Shown: positions 1-12,410, numbered from the stretch's first letter. The stretch: 64,000 bases of DNA from Octopus vulgaris (GCA_951406725.2 OX597819.1:56358001-56422000), one strand, 5' to 3'. Notes: a model not told the origin generated them from the sequence alone. Program-made: numbers and translations.

Positions 1-80
1 TTGGGCAAGTGTCTTCTACTATAGCCTCGGGCCGGCCAAAGCCTTGTGAGTGGATTTGGTAGAAACTGAAAGAAGCCCGT

Positions 81-123
<43 letters not shown>

Positions 124-290
124 CTGTGTTTGTTCCCCTAGCATTGCTTGACAACTGATACTGGTGTGTTTATGTCCCCGTCACTTAGTGGTTCGGTAAA
201 AGAATAAGTCCCAGGGTCGCGTTGCTCGATTAAAGGCGGTGCTCCAGCATGGCCGCAGTCGAATGACTGAAACAAGTAAAAGAGTAAAAG
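1..290 (+). mobile_element. tRNA-derived SINE, family A (cut by window start)
   Basis: Matches the fuller copy at 39146-39570: ttgggcaagtgtcttctactatagc ... internal (TA)n(TG)n ... ggcggtgctccagcatggccgcagtc ... gaaacaagtaaaagag tail. Confidence 0.85.
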
Positions 291-1043
291 ATATATATAT
301 ATATATATAAAGACACACGCATATTGCATATTAATTAATCTGTCAGTGTGTGAGTTCGTTGATTTTACTCTCTTGTCATCTTTTATAAATTCATAGATTT
401 AGGTAATTTCACGTTGTTATGATAAAGCAATAACAACAACTCTGTTTAAGATGTCCAAAATAGCTAAGTAAGAAATGACAAGACTGAGAAAAAAGAAATA
501 ATGTAAAATAGTATGATTAATCATCGATGTAAAGAGAGCTAGGGAGAGAAAGAGAGCGAAAGAGAAAGCGAGGGAGAGGAAGAGAGGAAGGAAATTGCTT
601 GAAGTGTTGACCAATAATATGTCTTGGCATCATTAATAATGGTGTAGAATTTATTAGCTATCCATTAGCAGAAGCGCAATTAAATTTTTGTACTTACCGA
701 TATATCAAATTCTTTACTATTTTGCATTAGTAAATGTCCAACTGTATGATTGGTGTGTAGTTGAAAAAAATTTTTATTTTAAATCTTATCTTTCTTGGTA
801 TCATCAATACACAGATTGCTTCTCTCAAGCTAAAAATAGATAAAGCAGAAAGTTTCATGTAAAATTGAACCAATCATTTATTCATATTTAATAAAATAAA
901 ATTTCTCACTTCAGCTCTTCCAGTAAGGACAAACACACAACGATTACGCACAAACGCACACGCACGCGCATTCAGAGAGACATACCGTAGCACTAACACA
1001 TTGATTACAGTGCAACATTTTCGGTACAATATTATGTAGGTAA

Positions 1044-1044
<1 letters not shown>

Positions 1045-1083
<39 letters not shown>

Positions 1084-1250
1084 GCATACATACATATATA
1101 TATATACATATATATATGTACATGCATACATATATATATATATATATACACATACATATATATCCTATATATCTCTCTGTCTGTCACTTTCTCTATATAT
1201 GAATATGTGTGTGTGTGTAAATATAGATATATATGTGCGTATGTATATAA

Positions 1251-1331
<81 letters not shown>

Positions 1332-1385
1332 TATATAAACATACATGCACACAAGCTCAGACAGACAGACACACACATATATATT
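1045..1385. repeat. Compound (TA)n/(CA)n/(TACA)n microsatellite
   Basis: Seen directly; explains the overlapping YIYI/HTHT ORFs. Confidence 0.95.
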
Positions 1386-1808
1386 AAAAGTTAAGAAGAA
1401 AATGCTTTTTGAATTTTACCATAAGCAAAGAAACAAAATATCTATATATTTATGAAAATATTCAATCGGTTTCTATCCCGTTAAAAACGATTTAGTAATT
1501 ACTGTAAGTGAAGGGAAAATAAAGTAAAATGAATTATATAAAATTAATGCTTAATGAAATCAGTTTTGGAAGTTCATGTATTTCTTATGAAATTCACATG
1601 GTGCTTAGAGTCGGTTTTCTTTTGATGTTTGCTGGTTTGTGGCAGTTGTACTTCGTCATTAAGGAGCGACTTCGCAAGTAACCATAGTAGTCGTGGTCGA
1701 GGCTTTATCTGTGCCGCTAGTAGAAGTAGGAGTGGTATCTGAGCATTAGTTGCAGTAGCAGTGGTGGTAATGGCATTTGCAGTAGCAGTAGAAGCTGCTA
1801 TGGTGGTC

Positions 1809-1847
<39 letters not shown>

Positions 1848-1912
1848 TTGTTGTTGTCGTCGTCGTCGTTGTTGTTTTTGTTGTTGTCGTCGTCGTCGTT
1901 GTTGTTGTTGTT

Positions 1913-2407
1913 GTTCTTCTTCTTCTTCCAATCAGGACTCACGCCTTTAGCCACAAAGAATAATCTCTAATTCGAGCCTACTCTAAGCTACTAAGAATGT
2001 CTGTGGAAACTTGAAGATCCACCTACCACACGCGATAGACTGGCGGTTGCACGGGTGCGATAGCTACGTTGTTATCCTCATTCCGTAAACGGTGGCTTTT
2101 AACGGGTGGAGAGATGAACCATCCTGAGGTAGAGAGGATTCGCAATCTAAACTAGGGTCTGAAAGTTTACCACGCCATAGTGGGTTACACCATGGTTCCT
2201 CTGCTTTGTGGCAGAAGTAGGAAGAAAGAGTGAGAGAAAGTTGTGGTGAAAGAATACAGCAGAGTTCACCCCTCCTCCCTCGCCGGGGCTTCGTGGAGCT
2301 TAGGTATTTTTGCTCAATAAACACTTACAATGCCCGGTCTGGGAATCGAAACCGCGTTCTTACGACCGCGAGTCCGCTGCCCTAACCACTGGGCCATCGC
2401 GCCTCCA
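1913..2407 (-). mobile_element. tRNA-derived SINE, family C, with (GAA)n tail
   Basis: Minus strand starts ggaggcgcgatggcccagtggttagggcagcgg (A box) ... ggtttcgattccc (B box) and ends gcgtgagtcctgattggaagaagaag. Homologous to 21087-21661 and 25786-26342. Confidence 0.85.
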
Positions 2408-2688
2408 CAGTTGCTGTGGTAGTACCAGCGACGCCAGTAGCAGATTTAAACTGTTGTTTACCTTTCACTTCCACAGTTTCTTAGAAGTGCGTGGTTGTGC
2501 AAGTTGTATCTTTATTAATGCGTAGTTGCTAAATTACTATAAGAATATTGTAAAATTTGGTTGTTCCTTACCTACAGCTGTGTCTGTATGTTCAGTAACT
2601 CCGATCTGGTTATATTTCCGTATTTTATATTGTAATCTCTAGACATATTCAAGCGTTGTTTTATGGATATGCCAGTTTGCTTTATGTA

Positions 2689-2866
2689 CCGTATTTTAAC
2701 GTGTATAAAGAACACTCGTGTATAAAGAAACCCTAATTTTGGGGGCTCAAAATTTGGAAGAAATGTTTTGAAAGGGATTATGATACTATCCATGTATAAG
2801 AAGCTCCTATATATTTTAAAACTAATTTTTGACAAAAAGGGGTCACTTATACACGTCAAAATATGG
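2689..2866. mobile_element. pogo/Tigger-like MITE
   Basis: TIRs ccgtattttaacgtgtataa / ttatacacgtcaaaatatgg with flanking TA at 2687-2688 and 2867-2868. Excision restores GKNY-IKQTG of the host GIY-YIG. Confidence 0.85.
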
Positions 2867-2915
2867 TAGTTCTTACCACACCCAGAACATGTAATTGAAC
2901 CAATTAGATTTGCAG

Positions 2916-3227
2916 ATGTTGTTCTTTGTTCCTTTACGAGGCATGCCTGGCTCATAAGGGCTGGTTTCCCTGTTTCATTTGCGTATAAGTTCCACACCTG
3001 GACGCGACGCCGGTCCGTCACAGGTGAGCTACTAGTTGCAGGAGAAAAGAGTGAGAGGAAGTTGTGGCGAAAGAGTCAGCAGAAGTTCGCCATTACCTTC
3101 TGCTGAAGCCGCGTAGAGCTTAAATGTTTCACTCGTAAACACGCATTTTGCCCGGTTTGAGACTGGATCACGCGATTCCTCGACCGCGAGTCCATTGCTC
3201 TAACCACTAGACCATGTACCTCCACAC
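2916..3227 (-). mobile_element. tRNA-derived SINE related to family C, different 3' tail
   Basis: Head tggtctagtggttagagcaatggactcgcggtcg; target-site duplication agatttgcag at 2906-2915 and 3228-3237. Confidence 0.85.
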
Positions 3228-3384
3228 AGATTTGCAGGTGCACAGCTAAAATAACTTTAGTCCTCGTTTGAAATGGATCTCTGATACTTCTACCAGGCTG
3301 CAATTTTTACCACAGTTGGATTGCTCGCATGTTTTTATATTAGTCCTGTTATTGCATTCTGTTTAGCATTTGCTGATATTTCCG

Positions 3385-3578
3385 TTCTATATTTAAGACA
3401 TGAGGAATTATGTACATTATTCACATTATTTGCAATTGATGGGTATTTGTCCTCATCTCGTTTGTTGCTAACACAACGTTTCGGCTGATATACCCTCCAA
3501 GCCTTCATCAGGTGTCTTGGGGAAATTTCGAACTTGGGTTCTCATTGCTAAGGTATTTTTCGATGTTATTATCATTAC

Positions 3579-3662
<84 letters not shown>

Positions 3663-3664
3663 TA

Positions 3665-3742
<78 letters not shown>

Positions 3743-3807
3743 TCACTGCCTGGAATCGAACACGGAATCTTGGGGTTAATAGCCCGCGATCTTAGCCACT
3801 ACGCCAC
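3385..3807 (-). mobile_element. tRNA-headed retroposon with internal (AAT)n and hammerhead-containing tail
   Basis: The minus strand reads gtggcgtagtggctaag (A box) ... gttcgattcc (B box) at 3807-3739, then (AAT)n, then a hammerhead fold at 3516-3470. Confidence 0.7.
3470..3516 (-). ncRNA. Minimal type-I hammerhead ribozyme, canonical core
   Basis: GACAC-CUGAUGA-A-GGCU(uggaggguauauc)AGCC-GAAAC-GUU-GUGUU. Stems I and II pair, and stem III is the palindrome ACGU. Confidence 0.75.
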
Positions 3808-3937
3808 AATAATATCGAAAAATACCTTAAGAATGAGGACCGAGGCACGAAATTTCCCAAAGACACTTGATGAAGGCTGGAGGGTATATCAGCGGAAATG
3901 TGTTAACAACAAACAAGACGAGGACATATATCCGTCA
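3808..3937 (+). repeat. Inverted copy of the 3441-3570 tail (degenerate hammerhead)
   Basis: aataatatcgaaaaataccttaagaatgag...gacacttgatgaaggctggagggtatatcagcggaaatgtgttaac is the reverse complement of the left arm; it continues at 4325-4337 after the Helitron. Confidence 0.85.
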
Positions 3938-4324
3938 TCTCTCTATATATAAACGGCAGTTTGTCTGTGCGTGTTTCTGTGTGTCTGTTTTCTCGTACCC
4001 TCACCCTGACCACGGCTTTCAACCGATTCTGATGAAACTTGACACACGCATAGCCCAATGTCATAATTCAAAACTAACGCAGCGAAAATTTTGAAAAGTT
4101 CCCCCAGTTCTGAAAAAAATCGATAAATTCGACATGGGGTCGAGAATAAAAAAAAACAAACCACAGACTGTCTAGGGGACGCAACTCAACCTTTTTTTAC
4201 TCTCAAAAAAAAATTTACGATCATTTTTTTTCCATTTTTTTGCTATTTTTTGGCTATAACTCTCTAAAGATGCTTTATAGTTATTTCCCTTACAAACCTG
4301 AGCAACGCCGGGCGATACTGCTAG
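3938..4324 (+). mobile_element. Non-autonomous Helitron
   Basis: 5' TC(TCTCTATATATAAA), 3' subterminal hairpin cctgagcaacgccggg then CTAG, inserted between host A (3937) and T (4325) with no TSD. Confidence 0.85.
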
Positions 4325-4987
4325 TATGTAAATAATGTTGCTAATATTTGTTTCGCTCATTTGAACTGTCTTTTGTTTTTTCTATGAAAGCATGTATTTG
4401 GAAGATTTGGTTCAGCCTGGGGGTCCTCACTCACTGTTGGTTTCTTTTGGAATATGTAAGGCTCTTTATTTTTAGGATTATAGTCTTGCAATTCCGATAT
4501 GTTTCTTTGATTTCCTTATCTTAATTCCTGGCTATTGAATTTCTGGCTTATATTTCATTATCAATCGAGAAAGGTGGATTATCCCATGAAGAATTCCATC
4601 TTATTCCACGCAATTAAAAGCAAGCTGCAGCAATGACTTGGGACTTACATAATCTCAACTCTATAAAATACTCTCGCAAATTTTAATCTAATTGCAAGCA
4701 ATAGACATCAACATATCAGGAAATAAGCTTCAGTCTTACAGCTGAAGATCTCGTATGAACCAACATAATAGGAATATAAGGAAAGAGATAGCAACCTTCC
4801 CAAGTTAACCACTGCTAAGCATGGAACGAATAATGACAACAATACTACTTCAATAATTATCACTGTGTTCCAGCTTAGATCACTGGTTGGACGAAATAAA
4901 CGAATATATAATGCAGCCATACTGGAATAGGCATATTGGGCTCTATGCTTAATATTTGATGACTCTTCCCTTGTGTGTGAGTGTGTT

Positions 4988-5048
<61 letters not shown>

Positions 5049-5419
5049 ACATGTATGTACGTACATATATATGCATATATGCACATAAAAAAGCAGACAC
5101 ACACACATATACACTCATATACGCAAACTACAAGATCATTTATTTTCTCCGTTGAAGACTGTAAGCTCGAAATGTAATAGGCGTTTTCACTTTCTCGAGC
5201 TAATACACCTACTTGTTCATACACCTGTAAATTACAACTATATATATATATATATTGTTCAAATAAACAGAAAACAAAAGAGAACTATAGAAAATAGAAA
5301 CACACTCACACACCGAAACACAAACACACACCCTCTGTCTCGCACTCACATACATGTATTCTTTCTTTTGATAGCAGACATAATGCGGCACAGCCTTAAA
5401 AAAATTTCCTAGTCGAGGG

Positions 5420-5645
5420 AATTGACCCACGGACTTATCCGCCGTAAGCCTAGTACTTATTCTATCGGCTCGCTTTGTCGAACCGCTATTTACGGAGATG
5501 TAAACACCAAAACCGGTGGTCAAGCGGTGGTCGTGGCACAAATACACCTAAATTTATACATACATATATAATACACACACATAAATCTATATATGTATAT
5601 ACATATATACATACACACGACGGGTTTCTTTCAGTTTCCGTCTAT
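5420..5645 (-). mobile_element. SINE family A fragment (duplicate at 10262-10518)
   Basis: gtaagcctagtacttattctatcgg...gtcaagcggtgg...acgggtttctttcagtttccgtcta. Confidence 0.7.
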
Positions 5646-6224
5646 CATTGATGAATTAATTTTACACTTTTTTATTATTGATAATATAATTCTCTCCCTG
5701 ATAGTAAATTGCAGTTTCTGCGGAATTACTCGTGGCACGCGTGAGTGATTGAGGTGGAATGTGAGATCACATTCGTCTGTTTGAATCCGGAAGTACTTAT
5801 TTTTGGATATATGCTATTCGATGGTGCTTGGTCGAGTACGTATGTTAATTATCGGTGCTCTCAAATATATCGATCTTAGAGTTTGGTTTTATTTTATCGG
5901 CCCCGAAGTATGTAAATTACAGTCCACCTCGGTGATATTTGAAATCAGAACGTGTAGAACTGGCAGTAATATATATAGGCACTTGTATCCGATGATTTAG
6001 TGATTCCTCAAGATCGCTGTCTTAATAATAACGATAATTGTTTCTACCATAGGCACAAGGCCTGAAATTCTAGGGGAGGGGTTTTAGTCAATCACGTTGT
6101 TACCATTGTTCAACTGGTTCTCATACGCATAATCACATATGTGTGAACATATACTGACCGGACCATAACACATTGGTGAAATGATTTAGCATCGTGCCCG
6201 CGCGTGCGTTTGTACTTTCAACGT

Positions 6225-6540
6225 GAGTTGCTTAGTGGTTAATGTATTCGGCTCATGATCGTCAAGTCGTGAGTTCAATTTCCAGCGACGCGTTGTATCC
6301 TTGATCATGACACTTTATTTCACCTTGCTCGAGTCCAGTCAGATGGAAGAAACAAACAGGACCTCTATTTTAAAGGACCGCTCTTGTCACATCCTCTGTC
6401 GCGCTGAATCTCCCTGAAAATTACATTAAAGATATGCGTGTCTGTGGAGTGCTTAATCAATGCAGGTTAACTTCACCAGTGGACTGTTCTATTGATCGGA
6501 TCAACTGAAACCTTGATCTTCGTAACCGACGGAGTGCCAG
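6225..6540 (+). mobile_element. Old tRNA-derived SINE, family D (similar copy ~37385-37620)
   Basis: ttgcttagtggttaatg (A-box-like), gagttcaatttcc (B-box-like), then ccttgatcatgacactttatttcacc. Confidence 0.55.
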
Positions 6541-6913
6541 TATATACTTCAACGCAGATATGATATATGTTTCAATAGACAATGAAGCATATTGAAAATA
6601 AAAGCGAATAATGATATAATCTTTCTAATATTTAGCAACTATCCCTTCATATTTTTCTCTGAAAGCCATATCATTAAAAGTTTTTTTGTTTCCACTTTTT
6701 CAATCAGTGGACTGTTGCTATGGTGAGGAGTCATCTCTCGAAGTGTTTTAGGCGGACGAATTGACCATACTAACTACTTTATTCTAAGCCTGTTACTTAC
6801 TCTGTCGGTCACTTTGGCCGAACCCCTAAGTTATGGGGGTGCAAAGAAACAAGCAGCGATTGTCAAACGGTGGACAAAGACACACACACACACACATTTA
6901 TATATTCTGCTGA

Positions 6914-7115
6914 GTCTGGAAAGAGTAATTTTCTTTTTGTGCCTTATAATTTAACACACTTAACGCTAAAATTTCCACTTATTTCTTATTTTTATTTTCA
7001 TGAGTGTGTTAAATTATAAGGCACAAAAAGAAAATAACTCTCCCCAGACACCACAGAATATGCTTCAACACACAAACTCATATAAAGAATCTTGCAAACC
7101 AAATCCCAAAAAGAA
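6914..7115. repeat. Short fold-back element with ~48-bp inverted arms (also 11308-11520 and 51296-51520)
   Basis: gtctgg..gagtaattttctttttgtgccttataatttaacacact / agtgtgttaaattataaggcacaaaaagaaaataactctccccagac. The 51.3-kb copy carries a degenerate hammerhead-like ggttgc-aagac-gcaac stem. Confidence 0.75.
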
Positions 7116-7121
7116 ATACAC

Positions 7122-7184
<63 letters not shown>

Positions 7185-7608
7185 GTTACCTTTAACCATG
7201 TTTTTTCTTGTGCTTGTGCGTATATAGACGTATGCATGAACTTTTACGGTACGCATGTGTGTGTGTATGAGTTTCTATATATATGCGTATATATTTGGCG
7301 AAAAATGCGAGTGAAGATGTGTATGTTTTCATAGTGACGTATAAGTAAGCACGTGGGTCCACGAGCGCAAATGTCAGCGTATGACTAGTTGTGTTTTACT
7401 ATGAAATTTTAGTCTTATTTTATATAAGTAGCATAATTATAACACGGTAATTTCCCTTTATATAACGGTATTTTTTCATAGCGTTTTTTCAGATGGCCAG
7501 ATAATCGAAGAGATGGTGTTGTGGATTTCCACTTCGGCATCTGAAACTCAGTTTTATCTTGACTATTGAGTAATTGTACATATTATTTAATATATATTTA
7601 ATATATAT

Positions 7609-8065
7609 GTGGTTGTCTACTTATGTAGAGTTTGATCACCTCCTGTACATACACCTTAGAACTATCATGGCATCTGATGTGGCTTTTTAAACCAGACAAT
7701 GTTCTGAAAAGACATCCACATAGATTGCATATCCGATTTGGACCACCAAGAAGAGCTGCAGTTAGGTTCTGAACTGTGTGGATCTTAAAATGTCTTTTGA
7801 GGCCTCCGTTAGATTTGCAAACCTTCTGTTATACACTGCATTCAAAGGTGTCCACAGACATATAGGCAGAATAGTTAGGTTCGTTTTCCATGGGTTCGGA
7901 AATGAGATTTGAGCCCAGCAAAAGCCAGGCATGGTCTGTCACAAACTGTGCACACAAAAAGTTTATTGTCATTCACTTTCTCGATCGTAACATTCTTCCT
8001 CAGATCACTTTTGAGTCTTACATGCGTTATCCTGGCCTCTTCAAAAGCTTTCATTACAACGTCAA
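7609..8065 (-). mobile_element. RTE-clade LINE 3' end with three C2H2 fingers (decayed)
   Basis: With one frameshift and one stop it reads KAFEEARITHVRLKSDLRK..FVCTVCDRPCL/AGLKSHFRTH..FECSV*QKVCKSNGGLKRHFKIH..RICNLCGCLFRTLSGLKSHIRCH. FEExR..K...RK followed by CxxC..GLxSHxRxH is the usual RTE C-terminus. Confidence 0.7.
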
Positions 8066-8197
8066 GTATGGGATTTAGTTTACAAGTGATTTATACGATT
8101 AGGTACGCTAGGTAAGGTCTGTAACGGATTACTAAGGTTCGAAGGTTGTAGCCGAGACGGTAATTATGGAACCATTGCAGATTTCCGATATAGGGGA

Positions 8198-8490
8198 TAT
8201 ATAATTGTTAAAGGGGCAACAAATGTTAAGGTAAAGTAAACATCTCAAGCCATATACTTTATAATTATTGGAAAAGATTTAAAGTCTTACAGTTGTTTGT
8301 GGAATATTCCATAGTATGGAATATTCTGTCATCAGAGAAAATCGGGAAAATGGGAAAGGTATAGATAAAAGAAATGACGACAAAGAGGATAGAGATGAAG
8401 AGAGGGAAGAAAAAAGAATCTTTTCTAATAACAATAATGTACATGACTTGAGATGTTTGCCTTGCCTTAACGTTTGTGTTCCTCTTTAAC

Positions 8491-8500
<10 letters not shown>
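8198..8500. mobile_element. ~300-bp fold-back element with ~55-bp terminal inverted repeats (duplicate ~12128-12415)
   Basis: ttgttaaaggggcaacaaatgttaaggtaaagtaaacatctcaagccat / atgacttgagatgtttgccttgccttaacgtttgtgttcctctttaacaa. It contains an internal minus-strand ctgatga-stem-caaacaactgta hammerhead relic. Confidence 0.7.
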
Positions 8501-8582
<82 letters not shown>

Positions 8583-9821
8583 ATATTTAATTTTAAATAT
8601 AGTATATATATATGTGTATGTATGTATGTATGTATGTATGTGTATATATATACGACGGACTGCAATTCAAACACAATGTTTTGGTCAGACCGAACTATAG
8701 TTGAAGGTACTTGCCATGTTGTTAGGCTGAACCATATAATCCGGAGGAAAACTTACTACAGAGTCAAGTCCGCGCCTATTTGCAACATATAGCGGTAAAC
8801 ACGTTAATAGGCAACCGAAAAATTCATTATTTAAGACCTTCCTTTCCTTGAGAACGTGCTGTGCTCTCCATATGTGAGTGTGTTTATCTAATTTCTAAAA
8901 ATAGTTAGCATTATTACCACTAGTGATTCGTTTTATCGTGTTATATGTACCTATTGTCGCTGCTTTCACCCGAGAATTATTTCGCAATTTCACGAAAACG
9001 AATAAAAAAAAAAATAAAAGACACAGCAACGAAAATTGTCATGTATTAATACATTGTTAGAATTCGTTAGTCTAGATTGAAATTAATTTGACCTATTTCA
9101 CATCTATTGACTGATGCAAAATATCGAACCAATTAAGGTGAGACGATAACCAAATCGTCTTTAAATTCTATAGTATTATGTTCTTTGCACGGTTTAAAAG
9201 AAAGAAAATTTGTGTAATTTAGACCAGGATGTATAAAAGATACATGAGGGCTATGGCTTGAACAGTTTTGAATATATGTCTGCCTGATCAGATTTGAGCA
9301 TGCTCTAGATAATAAATACAACTGCAAAATATTTTGAAGTCATTTAACATGTTTATTTATGTTCGGTAATTATTGAAGTTGTCATAACAGACATACTTGA
9401 AGAGAAAATTACATCTGTAATTTTGAAGTAATCACACACTTTTCAGGGAATTTACAGTTTTTAATATGCAGGATATGTTGAAACTGGAAGTGAAACAGGG
9501 TTGTAGTTGGTGTTATGATTCATTTTGAATTTTATCAGTAAATTTTTCAGTAAAGTTTCCCAGAAAGATATTTATGTCAAATAATCTTATACTTCCTACT
9601 TTATATCACCACACCTCAAGACAATCTATAAAGTTTGATAGTTTAATGAAAACGAATTATTTCTGTATGGAAATATTTAGGATTGGCCACGTACAAACCA
9701 CAAGATCTTTTATTTTCTCCGTTGAAGACTGTAAGGTCGAAATGTAAAAGGCTTTCTCATTTTCTCGAGCTAATACACCTACTTGTTCATACACCTGTAT
9801 TCGTCTTTCGTTTTTCTGTAA

Positions 9822-9858
<37 letters not shown>

Positions 9859-10098
9859 TGTTCAAATAAACAGAAAACAAAAGATTAAGAGAGGAGTGGA
9901 AACAAAAAGCAGGTATACTATACTAGTTTATCACTCGAGAAGTATGGAAAAAGTCCTTGATGTTTCGAGCCTACGCTCTTCGACAGAACGGATTACGAGG
10001 AAAAACAATGGAAAGAAATATAGAAAATAAACTTTGGTATTTGCACATTGCGCAATCTCATGCATAGAAACAGACACTCAGACACAGACACAGACACA

Positions 10099-10133
<35 letters not shown>

Positions 10134-11555
10134 AAACATACACACACACAGAAACATACACACACAGAAACACAACCACACACCCTCTGTCTCGCACTCA
10201 CATACATATATTCTTTTTTTTATAGCAAATATAATGCGCCACAGCCTTAAAAAATTTCCTAGTCGAAGGAATTGACCCAAGGACTTATCCGCCGTAAGCC
10301 TAGTACTTATGCTATCGACTCCTTTTGCTGAACCGCTATATTACGGATATGTAAACACCAAAACCGGTTGTCAAGCGGTGGTCGTGGGACAAACACAGTC
10401 ATAAAGACACACACACCTAAATGTATACATATATTTATAATACAAACACACACATAAATGTATATATGTATATACTTATATACATACACACGACGGGTTT
10501 CTTTCAGTTTCTGTCTATCATTGATTAATTAATTTTACTCTTTATTATTATTGATAATATAATCCACTCCCTGATAGTAAACTGCAGTTTCTGTGGAATT
10601 ACTCGTGGCACGCGTGAGTGATTGAGGTAGAATGCGAGATCTCATTCGTCTGTTTGAATCCGGAAGTACTGGTTTTTGGATATATGCTATTCGATGGTGC
10701 TTGGTCGAGTACGTATGTTAATTATCGGTGCCGTCTAATTTATCGATCTTTGTGTTTGGTTTTATTTTATCGACCCCGAAGCATGTAAATTACAGTCAAG
10801 CTCGGTGATATTTGAAATCAGAACGTGTAGAACTGAAAATTACATTAATGATATGCGTGTCTGTGGATTGCTTAACTTCACGAGTGCACTGTTCTATTGA
10901 TCAGATCAACTGGAACCTTGATCGTCGTTACCGACGGAGTGCCAGTATATACTTCAACGCAGATATATATGTTTCAATAGACAATGAGGCATATTGAAAA
11001 TAAAAGCGGATAATAATATAGTCGTTCTAATATTTAGCAACTCTCCCTTCACATTTTTCTCTGAAGCCATATCTTTAAAAGTTTTTTGTTTTCACTTTTT
11101 AAATCACTGGACTGTTGCTATGGTGAGGAGTCATCTCTCGAAGTTTTTTAGGCGGACGAATTGAGCATACTAACTACTTTATTCTAAGCCTGTTACTTAC
11201 TTTGTCGGTCACTTTGGCCGAACCCCTACGTTATGGGAGTGCAAAGAAACAGGCAGCGATTGTCAAACAGTGGACAAACACAAAGACACACGCAATCATA
11301 CACGGTTGTGTCTGGGGAGAATAATTTTCTTGTTGTGCCTTATAATTTGACACACTCACCGGTAAAATTTCCACTTATTTCTTATTTTTATTTTCCTGAG
11401 TGTGTTAAATTATAAGGCACAAAAAGAAAATAACTCTCCCCAGACACAATAAAATATTCTTCAACACACAAACTCATATAAAGAATCTTGCAAACCAAAT
11501 CCCAAAACGAAATACACAAACACAAACATATATATATATATATACACATGGTGGT

Positions 11556-11990
11556 TAGTGGTTGTCTATTTATGTAGAGTCTGATCATCTTCTGTACCCA
11601 CACCTTAGATCCATCATGGCATCTGATGCGACTTTTTTAACCAGACAATATTCTGAAAAGATACCCACATAGATTGCACATCTGATTTGGACCACCAAGA
11701 GCTGCATATAGGTTCTGATCTTAGTGGATCTTTAAATGGCTTTTGAGGTCTCCGTTAGATTTGCAAACCTTCTGTTATACACTGCATTCAAAGGTGTCCA
11801 CAGACATATAGGCAGAATAGTTGGTGTAGGTTCGTTTTCCATAGGTTCGGAAATGGGATTTGAGCGCAGCAAACTGTGTACACAAAAGGTTCATTGTCAT
11901 TCACCTTATCGATCGTAACATTCTTCCTAAGATCACTTTTGAGTTTTACATGCGTTATTCTGGCCTCTTCAAAAACTTTCATTCCAACTT
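11556..11990 (-). mobile_element. RTE-clade LINE 3' end, duplicated copy
   Basis: ORF 11788-11982 MKVFEEARITHVKLKSDLRK...; paralog of 7609-8065. Confidence 0.7.
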
Positions 11991-12410
11991 CTAGTATAGG
12001 TTTTAGTTTACAGGTGATCTAAACGATTAGGTACGCTAGGTAAGGTCTGTAACGGATTACTAAGGCTCCAATGTTGTAGACAAGAGGGTAGTTATGGAAC
12101 CATTGCAGATTTCCGATATAGAGGGTATATAATTATTAATGGAGGCAACAAACTTTATGGTAAAGTAAACATCTCAAGCCATATACTTTATAATTATTGG
12201 AAAAGATTTAAAGTCTTACAGTTATTTGTAGAATATTCCAGAGTATGGCATATTCTGTCATCAGAGATAAATTGGGAAAATGAGAAGGGTATAGATTAAA
12301 TAAATGACGACAAAGAGGAGAGAGATGAAGAGAGAGAAGATAAAAGAATCTTTTCTAATAACAATGTACATGGCTTGAGATGTTTGCCCTGCCTTAACGT
12401 TTGTCTTCCT

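Larger units (their letters stand above)
2530..4600 (-). mobile_element. Degraded Penelope-like element (linker + GIY-YIG endonuclease), interrupted by nested insertions
   Basis: After removing inserts, minus-strand pieces read DYNPKNKEP..KNKRQFK*AKQILANAK..KTCEQSNCGKNC..EIHFKRG..ANLIGSITCSGCGKNY|IKQTGISIKQRL, which resembles the PLE Cys linker and GIY-YIG motifs. Confidence 0.7.
5121..9694. repeat. Tandem segmental duplication, copy 1 (~4.6 kb)
   Basis: Collinear with 9689-14478. Both start ..caaac(t/c)acaagatc(a/t)tttattttctccgttgaagactg and end ggaaatatttaggattggcc(a/g)cgtac. Confidence 0.92.

Noticed and set aside
874-1387. Many ORFs of [12 protein letters not shown] type here and throughout the window
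   Set aside because: They are translations of stop-free dinucleotide and tetranucleotide microsatellites, not genes.
3739-3807. Possible tRNA gene
   Set aside because: The 5' acceptor strand is missing and the anticodon stem is imperfect; it is better explained as a retroposon head.
7609-8065. Host C2H2 zinc-finger gene
   Set aside because: It has no TGEKP linkers, is preceded by an RTE-like helix, ends like a LINE, and has a stop and a frameshift.
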